Assembly: GCA_034530875.2 (NCBI GenBank)
Contig: JAVRCJ020000002.1
Span: 96,001 to 160,000 of the forward strand
Source of the DNA: Nostoc sp. DedSLP01
GTDB lineage: Bacteria; Cyanobacteriota; Cyanobacteriia; Cyanobacteriales; Nostocaceae
Direction of reading: 5' to 3'
DNA: 64,000 nt
Both the position numbers and the translations under genes were made by a program. Of the stretch, positions 40,651-50,737 are shown in pieces; the stretch's first letter is position 1; every line of letters begins with the position of its first letter. Under the pieces are notes generated by a model. The model was not told the origin of the DNA, searched no databases, and saw only the letters and a list, made by a program, of their open reading frames with translations.

Positions 40651-40998
40651 CTATCCTGCAATAATTTCAATCAACTGCCAATGACGGTTAGTTTCGATCG
40701 CCTGCTTGATGAATTCAAACATTTGTCGGCAGTAATTATCCACTTGCAGTGGCAGTTCTTCATTTTTAATTACAATAGTCATCCGGCTTTCTGTTTCAGT
40801 ACTTTTTGATTTATCAACCAGTATTTCCACTGTGACTAATTTAGAAAACGGAACATTACCAGGAAATTCACGAGCGATAATGTAATCGTTTCCCTGGTAT
40901 TGAATATTCAACTGACACTCCTGTAGAAGTTCTACAAGTAACGGCTGAAGATGGTCACTAGGAACAGAAACAAGAAATGAACAGGTATAGCGACCCAT
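40651..40998 (-). CDS. Hypothetical protein
   Basis: 115-aa ORF with ATG start and globular composition. Confidence 0.65.
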   Translation of the reverse strand: MGRYTCSFLVSVPSDHLQPLLVELLQECQLNIQYQGNDYIIAREFPGNVPFSKLVTVEILVDKSKSTETESRMTIVIKNEELPLQVDNYCRQMFEFIKQAIETNRHWQLIEIIAG

Positions 40999-41195
40999 AT
41001 TAGCCCCACGCCTTGCAACACTGCGTCCATCCTATAATACCGAAGCATCTAAATACCAAGTCATTAAAAAGGCAAACTTTTTGAGTTTGTTCCCTTGTCT
41101 CCTTATCCTCATGTCTTCTTGTCTCCTTGTCCTCTTCGCGTAAGCTGAAAAATTGATAAAAAACTTTAAAATAAGGCTTTAGCAGAGGGTAAAAA

Positions 41196-42116
41196 ATGAA
41201 AATAGCAGTTACTGGAGCAACAGGGTTTGTCGGTAGTCGTTTAGTACAAAAACTCCAGACCCAAGGTCATAGAATACTAGTGTTAACTCGGAACACTGCT
41301 TTTGCTCAAAAAGTTTTTCCATCTCAGGCTTTCCCCAATGTTGAAATCGTTGCTTATACGCCGACTAAATCCGGTTCTTGGCAAAATGCGATCGCCAACT
41401 GTGATGGAGTAGTTAATTTGGCAGGAGAACCCATTGGTGAGGGGCGCTGGACGCCAGAACGCAAGCAAGAAATCCTCAATAGTCGCAAACTAGGCACGCA
41501 AAAAATTGTGGAAGCAATAGTTAATGCTAACCCTAAACCAACTGTGTTAATAAATGCTTCAGCTATTGGCTACTACGGCACCAGTGAAACAGCTGCCTTT
41601 GATGAAACCAGTTTGTCCGGTAACGATTTTCTCGCTCAAGTCTGCCAAGCCTGGGAAGCAGAAGCTACAAAAGTAAAAGATGCCGGCGTGCGGCTAGTAA
41701 TTCTGCGCTTGGGCATTGTTTTGGGCAATGGTGGTGTTTTGGGTAAAATGATTCCACCATTCAAACTCTTTGCTGGCGGGCCCATTGGCAGCGGTCGCCA
41801 GTGGTTCTCTTGGATTCACGTAGACGACTTAGTTAATCTGATTTTCCAAGCTCTAACTAAACCAGAAATTGAAGGCGTATATAATGCCACAGCACCTCAA
41901 CCAGTGCGGATGGCAGATTTGAGTCATACTTTAGGACAAGTGTTGCATCGTCCTTCTTGGTTACCCGTCCCTGGTTTTGCGATCGAGGCGCTTTTAGGAG
42001 ACGGGGCAATAGTAGTTTTAGAAGGTCAAAAAGTCTTACCCAAGCGTACCGTAGAAACAGGCTTTGAGTATCAGTATTCTAATTTACAATCGGCATTAAC
42101 AGAAATTCTGAGATAG
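41196..42116 (+). CDS. TIGR01777 family NAD-dependent epimerase/oxidoreductase
   Basis: TGATGFVG, NLAGEPI...RW, SAIGYYG, QWFSWIH. Confidence 0.9.
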   Translation: MKIAVTGATGFVGSRLVQKLQTQGHRILVLTRNTAFAQKVFPSQAFPNVEIVAYTPTKSGSWQNAIANCDGVVNLAGEPIGEGRWTPERKQEILNSRKLGTQKIVEAIVNANPKPTVLINASAIGYYGTSETAAFDETSLSGNDFLAQVCQAWEAEATKVKDAGVRLVILRLGIVLGNGGVLGKMIPPFKLFAGGPIGSGRQWFSWIHVDDLVNLIFQALTKPEIEGVYNATAPQPVRMADLSHTLGQVLHRPSWLPVPGFAIEALLGDGAIVVLEGQKVLPKRTVETGFEYQYSNLQSALTEILR

Positions 42117-42225
42117 AGTCAAAGGGACTAGGGATTGGGGGCTGGGGACTGGGAGAGACTTGTTGCAAGTTGCATTTGTGTCTCCTTGTCTCCTAGTTCC
42201 TAATCCCCAATCCCCAGTCGCTTGA

Positions 42226-42471
42226 CTATTGACTAGAGAAAAATTTTTTGGAAACCCAGCTGATAATACCGCTGAGAATGGCACCGCCCATGAGAATACC
42301 AATTGCTGGGTTAAATAAAGGTTGCCATAATTGATGCCACAAATCCAAGCCTAGGTTTACCCCCGCAGCATCACCTACTGCTGCGATCGCTAACCAACCA
42401 AAGCCAAGTAAAACCAAAAATACATCTGCTACTAAAATCAGGTTTAGCCAATTTAACAACTTATCTTTCAT
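42226..42471 (-). CDS. Small two-TM membrane protein (start MKDKLL)
   Basis: Two hydrophobic helices; the upstream ORF extension is only STRR sequence. Confidence 0.7.
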   Translation of the reverse strand: MKDKLLNWLNLILVADVFLVLLGFGWLAIAAVGDAAGVNLGLDLWHQLWQPLFNPAIGILMGGAILSGIISWVSKKFFSSQ

Positions 42472-42586
42472 AATTCGCAATGGGGCATTAGACATTGGGC
42501 ATTGGACATTGGGCGTGCGGCATGGGGAGGTGGGCAATAACTAATGCCCACCTCCCCATCTCCCCATCTTCCCATCTCACTACTGC

Positions 42587-43009
42587 CTACTCTTCAAACA
42601 ACCACTTTTTGACTTTTATCAAACTCTGCCAATCTGGTTTTCTGGCTAAACCATCTTCAATACTCTTTTTAACTTCATCTTCCCATTCGGGGTTGACAAA
42701 AATTAATTGTTGTGCAAAGTCTATGTGTTCCCGCAAACCTTTTTGACCTGTTTCCAACATTGCTAAGGCGAGATTGATTCTCCCCTGTGGGTCTTGTGGA
42801 TTTAACTTCACTGCTTTGTTAGCAGCTTTGTAAGCCAAGTTAGCCTTGTTATTGAGTAGATACAACCACGCCAAACAAATCCAAGCTGCACTGGATTTAG
42901 GAGCGCGATCGCACACTTCCTTAAACACAGGGATTAAAGAATCCACTGCTTCTCCAGCTTTATAACGTTCTAAACCTGTATCAAACAGGGATTCTACTGT
43001 TTGAGTCAT
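42587..43009 (-). CDS. Tetratricopeptide-repeat protein
   Basis: AWICLAWLYLL...KAVKLNPQDPQGRINLALA; operonic with iscA. Confidence 0.85.
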   Translation of the reverse strand: MTQTVESLFDTGLERYKAGEAVDSLIPVFKEVCDRAPKSSAAWICLAWLYLLNNKANLAYKAANKAVKLNPQDPQGRINLALAMLETGQKGLREHIDFAQQLIFVNPEWEDEVKKSIEDGLARKPDWQSLIKVKKWLFEE

Positions 43010-43101
43010 ACTAAATTAGTCAATAGTCATTGGTTTTTGGTCATTGGTGGTTAGTCATTGGTCATTTGCTTGGGACAAACGACAACTAACAAATGACAAT
43101 A

Positions 43102-43458
43102 TTACACCCCAAATGACTTACCGCAACCGCAAGTTTGGCTGGCGTTGGGGTTAGTGAATTGGAAGCCGCCACCAATCATTGCATCGCTGTAATCGAGCAT
43201 TAAGCCATAGAGATATAATAGGCTCTTGCGATCGCTAACAATTTGGAAGCCGTCATAGTCGAAAACTTCATCCTGAGGGCCGATCTTGCTGGTATCCTCA
43301 AAGTCCATCATGTAAGACATACCAGAGCAACCGCCCTGACGTACTCCTACCCGCAAGCATAGGTCTTTGCCTTGCTTTTCCTGGAGGGATTTTACCTGGC
43401 GCAATGCGGCTTCGCTCAACAGAATTCCGCGTTGTTGAGGCTGAATTGCTTGTGTCAT
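43102..43458 (-). CDS. iscA: A-type Fe-S carrier (IscA/SufA/HesB family)
   Basis: GGCSGMSY and TCGCGKSF. Confidence 0.92.
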   Translation of the reverse strand: MTQAIQPQQRGILLSEAALRQVKSLQEKQGKDLCLRVGVRQGGCSGMSYMMDFEDTSKIGPQDEVFDYDGFQIVSDRKSLLYLYGLMLDYSDAMIGGGFQFTNPNASQTCGCGKSFGV

Positions 43459-43786
43459 CTGCTTTTCAACTCCTTAGTTAGTCCAAGCGTTACCCTGTAT
43501 AGGCTTGTTATTGCCTCTGGATTTGCCCTTGGTGTTTTTGGATCCATTCTAACGATATAGATGTCGCTAAGTGCCAAATTGTAAACACTCTGTCAAAAGC
43601 GGCCAAAGATTTCTATTCTAGAATTGAGAGACTCACTGTATTTACATAGATTGGTATTTTTGGAGTTTAAGCCTTTTGGCAGCCACAGATGCAACCACCC
43701 TTCTGGTGCAGCCATGAAAAATTAATCCCAGGCTAGCCATCCCCAAAAGTTTACTTCTAAATTGCTTCTTTTGATTAAGTTACTCT

Positions 43787-45427
43787 ATGACAAGTTTTAA
43801 TCGCTCTACCAGTCGTCGGTTGAAGAAATTAACCCAAATTCCTTCTGTATGGGAGGGCGATCGTCGTCCGTTGTCATCACCAAATCAGCATTCAGATTCA
43901 GAAGCCAAGGGAGAATGCATTCTTTGGGTAGATTACTCCCAAGGTATTGTCCGAGGCATGGATGTAGTCGCTTCAGATATCGGCCCGGAAGCAATAGTTC
44001 GCACCTTAATGCGAGCAATGGAACATCCCCATAGTCCTGCAAAACCAGCCAGACCCCAAAGAATTGTAGTCAAAGACCGCGAAATCCAATTTTACCTGCG
44101 AGGGGTACTGCAAGATTTGGATATCGCCATTGACTACGCACCGGAACTACCTTTAATTGACGAATTGTTTCGCGGGTTCGCTGACATCCTTGATAGCCAA
44201 ACCCCCGATTTACCTCCACAATACGCCCAAATTTTGCGAGAGAAGGCATTTGCAATTTGGCAAGCGGCACCTTGGGAATTTCTGGAAGAACAGCAAATTC
44301 TGTCAATAGAAATTAATAAGTGGGATGTTGGTACGCTCTACGCTTCCATTATGGGAATGCTGGGAATGGAGTATGGGATTTTATTTTATCGTTCAGAAGA
44401 GTCTCTCAAGCGGTTTCGCGCCGCAGTTTTAAGAGATGAAGAATCAAAAGAGCGTTTAGAAGAAGCTTTCCTCAAGCAAGATTGTCTGTTTCTCACTTTT
44501 GAAAGTAATGACGAAACCGACGAAGATGACGATGATATGGGCGATTTGGCAGATTTGCCGCTTTCAGATATCGATCCCACTTTCGGTAACATCCACCCTT
44601 TGGAAGGACTGCGTTCTGTTTTGTATGACGAGGAAGCACTTGTAATCTATGTTGCCATCGAAAGCTTAAGTCGTTTTCTGCGCGACCACCGACGCCAGCT
44701 GCATTCTGAAACTTTCCCCAGCCTCAGCCGTCGCTATCGGATTTCTCCCCCACAGTCTGAAGAATCAACAAAATCTGTGTCTGTGACAGTCTCTACTATG
44801 CCGGAGTTAGCAGCAGAATTAGAGGAAATGGCTGGCTTTGGTGTTGAGGATCGAGAAATTGACAACCTTGGCGCGGAAAATTTCCGTTCGTTACAAGATG
44901 ACTTGATCCCCGAAGATTCTTTCCTCAGTTTAGGTGTGGTGTCTTGGGAAATGTTGGAGTATCTACGTAAAGGCGTCAATTACCATAAGGCTGGCGAAAT
45001 CAAACAAGTGGGTGACGGTTTGCCGGTGATTTTAATTCAAACTTCCCGACCGAAGGCTAAAACTGTAATCGAAAGAATTGAAGCAGCAGGCGGACTCAAA
45101 GCAATTTGCTTTAATCCAGGCGCTGACCCATTTGATGGCGATCGCTACGATCTCGGTTTATTACAAACTGAAAATGACGAATTGTTCTTATTCGGTGAAT
45201 TTTTAGATGAAGATCCCATCCATCTGGAAGCCCGAAAAAAATGGAATCAGCGCTGTAAAAATACTAAAGGCTACTGTGGTTTAATCATTGCCAAAGGACT
45301 CACCGGCGCTTCTCGCGGTAATCCCCAGTTACGAGATATGATGGCTTTGTTTGAAGCGCGATCGCTTTCACCTAAAGATTTAGGCATTGGCACTCTCCAA
45401 CTCATGCCTCAGCTTAAATTTGAATAG
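43787..45427 (+). CDS. Conserved cyanobacterial hypothetical protein (DUF6930-like)
   Basis: 546-aa ORF; APW..L, SIMGMLGMEYG motif. Confidence 0.8.
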   Translation: MTSFNRSTSRRLKKLTQIPSVWEGDRRPLSSPNQHSDSEAKGECILWVDYSQGIVRGMDVVASDIGPEAIVRTLMRAMEHPHSPAKPARPQRIVVKDREIQFYLRGVLQDLDIAIDYAPELPLIDELFRGFADILDSQTPDLPPQYAQILREKAFAIWQAAPWEFLEEQQILSIEINKWDVGTLYASIMGMLGMEYGILFYRSEESLKRFRAAVLRDEESKERLEEAFLKQDCLFLTFESNDETDEDDDDMGDLADLPLSDIDPTFGNIHPLEGLRSVLYDEEALVIYVAIESLSRFLRDHRRQLHSETFPSLSRRYRISPPQSEESTKSVSVTVSTMPELAAELEEMAGFGVEDREIDNLGAENFRSLQDDLIPEDSFLSLGVVSWEMLEYLRKGVNYHKAGEIKQVGDGLPVILIQTSRPKAKTVIERIEAAGGLKAICFNPGADPFDGDRYDLGLLQTENDELFLFGEFLDEDPIHLEARKKWNQRCKNTKGYCGLIIAKGLTGASRGNPQLRDMMALFEARSLSPKDLGIGTLQLMPQLKFE

Positions 45428-45493
45428 TTGCACTTATAGCTGTAATCCTTAACGTCAGATTGCAGTTATAAAAATTAAATTTATCTCAATCCC

Positions 45494-45530
45494 CGTAATA
45501 CCGCACTCTCTTTTAGAGTGCGGTATTACG
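45494..45530. terminator. Perfect 16-bp-stem hairpin after the 546-aa gene
   Basis: CGTAATACCGCACTCT-CTTTT-AGAGTGCGGTATTACG followed by TTT. Confidence 0.7.
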
Positions 45531-45740
45531 TTTGGGAGTGAAGATAAGATTCTGAAGGTATATAAAAGCGAACTATCTCTCTATCTCCATTCCTGCAAAG
45601 CTTTATTTGTAGTAATTAAAACGGTTTAAAAAAACCAAACTATGTAAAGAAAAATGAAATAGGCTCAAACTCTGTTTCCTCCTGTCTTATGTCTTCAGCA
45701 TAGCTGCCTTATTCCAGTAATAAATATTCACACCGACTTA

Positions 45741-45834
45741 TACCGTTTCTCTAAAATCTAGTTACACATAAATCTTTGCATCTCCCAGTCTCCACGTCAC
45801 CGCGTCATCATTACCTACTTTTGGAGAATTGGTA
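45741..45834. mobile_element. MITE-like element with TTA flanking duplication
   Basis: TACCGTTTCTCTAAAA / TTTTGGAGAATTGGTA (13/16); TTA at 45738-45740 and 45835-45837. Confidence 0.6.
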
Positions 45835-47359
45835 TTACTTAGCCCCAGTCGAAGCAAGCTAGCAAAATTCTCTCTAAGAGTTCTGTGAAACTTGCAGACA
45901 CGACTTAGCTGCCAAGCGTTAGTTTAGAGTTCTCTACCTTCTACCTCTCCTCTAGCCTCTGCTTGGCTTGTTCTCGTCAACACCAATAACCACCCTTATA
46001 CCAATTTGAAAAAAGAATTCAATACATCGAGCAGCAGTTTGCTTTACCCGAATTTCATGAAGTAGCCATATTCTCAGATTTCTCGGTATTTTTATTTATA
46101 TATTTTTAATATTAATTATTGCATTTTTATCATTTTTATTTATAAATAATCTTTTGATTGAACCTAGTTAACGCACTTAAATATCTAAATCTTTTTTGAA
46201 ATTGCTTTTTCAGCTTAATGTCTTGTTATGTATCAAGATTTTTAAGTAAAAGTTTAAAAGCTTATCTTCTACTTTGTAAGTTCTTTATAAAGAGCAAAAA
46301 AAGCTATTCTTCCTACCTAAATAAAGATTATTTAAAGCGTATATTTCCTGGTTATAATGAATCCAATTGCTACAAAACAATGAAGATTGAATTATTATCT
46401 CTCGGGATTGTTATTACTAAACAATGATTTGATTTTCAACATTTTTAGGCAATTATTTATATCCTGATTTAGATAATTTAAAGAGTTTAACTCTTAAATC
46501 TGTCATACAATGAATAACTCAGAATAATTTCTATCCCATTCAGCATCGATGAATAGAATTAGGAAAAAATGATTTTTTGTTTTAACAATAAACCACGTAA
46601 CTCAAAGGAAGAAAAACATTCAAAATTTCATTGTATCTTTACGGTAAATTAATTTAAAAACATGAAACAAAACTAAAATATTATTAGAGGCAACAGTCAA
46701 GTAACATCACATTAATGTCATCCATTAATCTGTGTAATATTACAGATGATGTTGTTAAAATTTAGCAGCAAATCTTGTATATTTATACTCCTGTTTTCTT
46801 GGCTACAAAACAGAGGAAATCAATCTGTTGCATCGGCAAAAGCTCAAAGTTGTGACATTTAAAATAACTTTTAGCTAATTGATTAGAGTAATGCATGTAA
46901 ATAATGTTTGCTTTGGAGTAATCGCTTATTTGCCTGCTTTTAAGTAACTGTTTGCTAGTTAGGTACACCATTGAAACCTGCTTCAGGTTAAGCATTGAGG
47001 TATATAAATCATTCTTGAGTTAGATTTTCAGGTATTAGGTCAATAGTTTTAGAAATCTTGATTTAGTCAACAGTATGCATCTCAAAGTCACTCTTGAAAA
47101 TTTAATTGTCAGGGTTTACTCATGCTGTTAATGGGGTTATTATTTTCAAAAGCAAGTATGTGCCTTTTATGCTGTCACAATAGTAACAAAAAGTGTAGTT
47201 ATTTGATTTTTTTAGAAAATCATGAATCTTTTGACAAAGATGAACAATCTTAATATTAATAATATTACTTGTTTCCTGACACAAACTCTGATAATCTGAT
47301 CGTTTTCCTCTTTAGTTAGACTTTTTTAATGATGCAAATATACAGCAAACAGCATGATA

Positions 47360-47530
47360 ATGACAAATAAAAAATGGGCCGTAAAACGTATAACTGTCAA
47401 TCTCGCAACACAGGAAGCGGAGAAGCTAGAAAAATATTGTCAGCAAACAGGTAGACCCGCAACTGATGTGATTCGCGAACTGATTAGAACTTTGCCTTTA
47501 TCTGAAGATGGAAAGGATGTAAATAGGTAA
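47360..47530 (+). CDS. Small CopG/ribbon-helix-helix protein (56 aa, not in the ORF track)
   Basis: MTNKKWAVKRITVNLATQEAEKLEKYCQQTGRPATDVIRELIRTL: beta-strand RITVNL plus two helices. Confidence 0.8.
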   Translation: MTNKKWAVKRITVNLATQEAEKLEKYCQQTGRPATDVIRELIRTLPLSEDGKDVNR

Positions 47531-47791
47531 CAAAATGTTTTTACTAACTACTTGACTACCAAAAAATTACGATACTTTTTTGAGTCCGCTGCAATGGACA
47601 AGAGTTTGTTTAATCGATACAGGCGCGTTTTTCTCGCGCTTGATCGCTTGCTTAGGACTAACAAGAGTAATCAAAGATGTTTTAGTATTGACATCACCCA
47701 GCCTTTATCTGCTGGTGGAGTTGATATTAAGTAGCAAATTCCGTCGCCAACCCAGTTACAATCTGTAAAGAAACTGAAAAGGAACGACGGA

Positions 47792-49231
47792 ATGCGTGTT
47801 GCAATTGTAGGTGCGGGACTGGCTGGGCTAGCAACAGCAGTAGATCTAGCTGATGCTGGTTGCGAAGTGCAGATTTTTGAGTCCCGTCCCTTTGTGGGTG
47901 GTAAAGTTGGCAGTTGGGTTGATGGAGATGGCAACCATCTAGAAATGGGGTTGCATGTATTTTTTGGGTGCTACTACCAATTATTTGACTTGATGAAAAA
48001 AGTGGGGGTGTTAGACAACCTACGCCTCAAGGAACATACCCACACTTTTATTAACAAAGGAGGTCGGACTGGTGCTTTAGATTTTCGCTTTATTACAGGT
48101 GCGCCTTTTAATGGCTTGAAAGCATTTTTTACGACTTCTCAGTTATCATTACAGGATAAATTGCAAAATGCGATCGCCTTGGGTACTAGTCCGATAGTTC
48201 GCGGATTGGTAGACTTTAACGGGGCGATGAAAACCATCCGTAATTTAGATAAAATTAGCTTTGCTGACTGGTTCCGCAGTCACGGCGGCAGTAATGGTAG
48301 CATCAAAAGAATGTGGAATCCCATTGCTTACGCATTGGGATTTATTGATTGCGAAAATATTTCTGCCCGTTGTATGTTAACCATCTTCCAGTTCTTTGCA
48401 GTCAGAACTGAAGCTTCAGTCCTCCGAATGTTGGAAGGTTCTCCAGCCGAATATTTGCACAAGCCGATTCTGGAATATCTGGAAGCCAGAGGCACTAAAG
48501 TTTATACGCGTCGGCAAGTGCGGGAAATTCAATTTACACAATCAGGCGAACAAACCAGCGTCACTGGGATTGTAGTTGCCCAAGGTGATACAGTACAAAC
48601 TATTACTGCTGATGCTTATGTCTTTGCTTGCGATGTTCCAGGAATTCAGCGCATCGTTCCACAAGAATGGCGTAAGTGGTCAGAATTTGACAATATTTAT
48701 AAGCTAGATGCAGTGCCGGTAGCAACAGTACAGTTGCGCTTCGATGGTTGGGTGACAGAACTCAACGATGAAGCACAGCGTAAACAATTAAAACACGCCG
48801 CTGGAATAGATAATTTGCTTTATACAGCCGATGCTGACTTTTCTTGTTTTGCCGATTTAGCGTTGACTAGCCCTGCTGATTATTATCGCCCAGGACAGGG
48901 ATCGTTGTTACAGCTAGTGCTGACGCCGGGAGATCCGTTTATTGCACAAAGTAATGAAGCGATCGCTCAACATGTTCTCAAGCAAGTCCACGAACTCTTT
49001 CCCTCATCACGCGAGTTAAATATGACTTGGTACAGCGTGGTCAAACTTGCTCAATCTCTCTATCGAGAAGCGCCGGGAATGGATGTGTATCGTCCCAACC
49101 AAAAGACACCAGTGCATAATTTCTTCCTTGCAGGAAGTTATACCCAGCAAGACTATATTGACAGTATGGAAGGAGCAACTATTTCTGGACGGCGTGCAGC
49201 AAAAGCGATTTTGGAGAGTTTAAAAAATTGA
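47792..49231 (+). CDS. zds: Zeta-carotene desaturase (plant-type ZDS/CrtQ)
   Basis: GAGLAGL FAD motif, [22 protein letters not shown]. Confidence 0.95.
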   Translation: MRVAIVGAGLAGLATAVDLADAGCEVQIFESRPFVGGKVGSWVDGDGNHLEMGLHVFFGCYYQLFDLMKKVGVLDNLRLKEHTHTFINKGGRTGALDFRFITGAPFNGLKAFFTTSQLSLQDKLQNAIALGTSPIVRGLVDFNGAMKTIRNLDKISFADWFRSHGGSNGSIKRMWNPIAYALGFIDCENISARCMLTIFQFFAVRTEASVLRMLEGSPAEYLHKPILEYLEARGTKVYTRRQVREIQFTQSGEQTSVTGIVVAQGDTVQTITADAYVFACDVPGIQRIVPQEWRKWSEFDNIYKLDAVPVATVQLRFDGWVTELNDEAQRKQLKHAAGIDNLLYTADADFSCFADLALTSPADYYRPGQGSLLQLVLTPGDPFIAQSNEAIAQHVLKQVHELFPSSRELNMTWYSVVKLAQSLYREAPGMDVYRPNQKTPVHNFFLAGSYTQQDYIDSMEGATISGRRAAKAILESLKN

Positions 49232-49282
49232 CATAGGCAATATGGCTTGTGTCAAAAAATCGACGCCAAGGAAGAAAAAATA

Positions 49283-49726
49283 ATGCCAAATTGGTTAGAG
49301 CATACTGTGCAAATAGAAGTAGAGGCTCCCATAGATTTAGTATGGAGCCTCTGGTCTGATTTGGAGCAAATGCCGCGATGGATGAAGTGGATTGATTCAG
49401 TCAAGATTCTGCCAGATAATCCGGATATATCTCTTTGGAAATTGAGTAGTAGCGGTCTAGAATTTACTTGGAAATCCCGAATTCTGAAAGTTGTTCCCAA
49501 CCAAATTATTCAATGGGAATCCATTGATGGTTTGCCGAATCAGGGAGCGATTCGCTTTTACGATCGCCACGGTAGTACTATCGTTAAAATGACTATTTCC
49601 TACGCTATTCCTGGTGTTATTGGCAAAATAATGGATAGCTTATTTTTAGGGCGGATAGTTGAATCAACAATTCAAGCTGATTTAGAAAGGTTTAAACAAT
49701 ACGCTTTAAATATTAAATCTAATTGA
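49283..49726 (+). CDS. SRPBCC/polyketide-cyclase family protein
   Basis: WSDLEQMPRWM, IQWESIDGLPNQG, DLERFK; follows zds. Confidence 0.88.
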   Translation: MPNWLEHTVQIEVEAPIDLVWSLWSDLEQMPRWMKWIDSVKILPDNPDISLWKLSSSGLEFTWKSRILKVVPNQIIQWESIDGLPNQGAIRFYDRHGSTIVKMTISYAIPGVIGKIMDSLFLGRIVESTIQADLERFKQYALNIKSN

Positions 49727-49863
49727 TATAGATCGCAAAAACAGGCAGTAGGCAGCTTTTGTATTTTGTTTTTTACTGCCTAAAAGTGGCTATTGCATTT
49801 GGTGATAACCAAAATAACTGCACAAATTGTGTAACATTAGTCACTAGCTATTAAAGTAGGTTA

Positions 49864-50079
49864 CTACACCCTACTTACTGTTGGTTCTGGAAGTGAGTCA
49901 CCCGTAGCTTCGTAAGCGATAATTAGAGACTCTAAGGCTTCAATCCCATTTGCCACCGCTAACTGGTAAGTATCTCCATGAGTCCGCCAACGTTGTCCTG
50001 GAAAATCAGGGAATCCTACTAAGAAACAATTATCTTCTTCAGACCATTGAATAATCATTTGGTACTTAAGCTTACTCAT
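49864..50079 (-). CDS. hicB: HicB family antitoxin (short, no DNA-binding domain)
   Basis: YQMIIQWSEED..F...PD...THGDT...A; overlaps the hicA stop. Confidence 0.85.
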   Translation of the reverse strand: MSKLKYQMIIQWSEEDNCFLVGFPDFPGQRWRTHGDTYQLAVANGIEALESLIIAYEATGDSLPEPTVSRV

Positions 50080-50284
50080 CTTCTTTTTTCCCTTCTACTT
50101 CCTCAATTGCCTGTTTCACTTCCTTCTCTTGGTAGCGTTTAGCATCTGCTCCATCTTTTCCTGAAATCGTGATTTTTCCGTTGTAGAGAGGATGAACCCA
50201 GTTAGTGTGACTTCCTTTTCCTGGGACTTCTGTAAAACCTGCTTGGTAAAGCATTTGCTTGAGTTCTCGGATTTTCTTTGGCAT
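50072..50284 (-). CDS. hicA: HicA family mRNA interferase toxin
   Basis: L..AGF....GKGSHTNWVHP. Confidence 0.88.
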   Translation of the reverse strand: MPKKIRELKQMLYQAGFTEVPGKGSHTNWVHPLYNGKITISGKDGADAKRYQEKEVKQAIEEVEGKKEDE

Positions 50285-50318
50285 TAATTTTTTATCCCTT
50301 GACTTAACAAAGGCAACA

Positions 50319-50558
50319 TTACCAAGTTGGGTCGCTAAACAAATTAATCGTTAATTCCTCGCGTGGCGGTACTGCTGTGATACAAGCGCGGATGTTCTCT
50401 CCATCTTCTAATTCCACGGTGCAAGCGTAACAAGACCCCATCAGACAACCAGTGGGAATAAATACTCCAGCCCGGTCTGCTACATCCAAAAGGGCTTCTC
50501 CCACTTCAGCGTCTACTGTCACGTCATCTGGTAAAAAGCGGACACGAACAATCATCAA
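50319..50558 (-). CDS. Small 2Fe-2S ferredoxin-like protein
   Basis: GCLMGSCYAC...RAC. Confidence 0.85.
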   Translation of the reverse strand: MMIVRVRFLPDDVTVDAEVGEALLDVADRAGVFIPTGCLMGSCYACTVELEDGENIRACITAVPPREELTINLFSDPTW

Positions 50559-50673
50559 TACTTACACTTTTGATTTGGAATTGGTTCCTAAGGTTTGTTA
50601 TTTGTCCTTTGTCAAGACAAATGACAAATAACTATCTTAGCGAAAAAATTTGCAATTTATTCTATGCAACTTA

Positions 50674-50732
50674 TACCAATTTGAAAAATTATTACTCAGA
50701 TTCACCAACACTATTCCTAATCCAAAATGGTA
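50674..50732. mobile_element. Short MITE-like element with TTA flanking duplication
   Basis: TACCAATTTGAA / TCCAAAATGGTA (10/12); TTA at 50671-50673 and 50733-50735. Confidence 0.5.
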
Positions 50733-50737
50733 TTAGG

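Noticed and set aside
47552..47768. Short ORFs or a riboswitch upstream of zds
   Set aside because: TTG-start ORFs without motifs; no riboswitch consensus recognised
49864..50284. hicAB as a novel system
   Set aside because: Ordinary, well-known type II toxin-antitoxin pair
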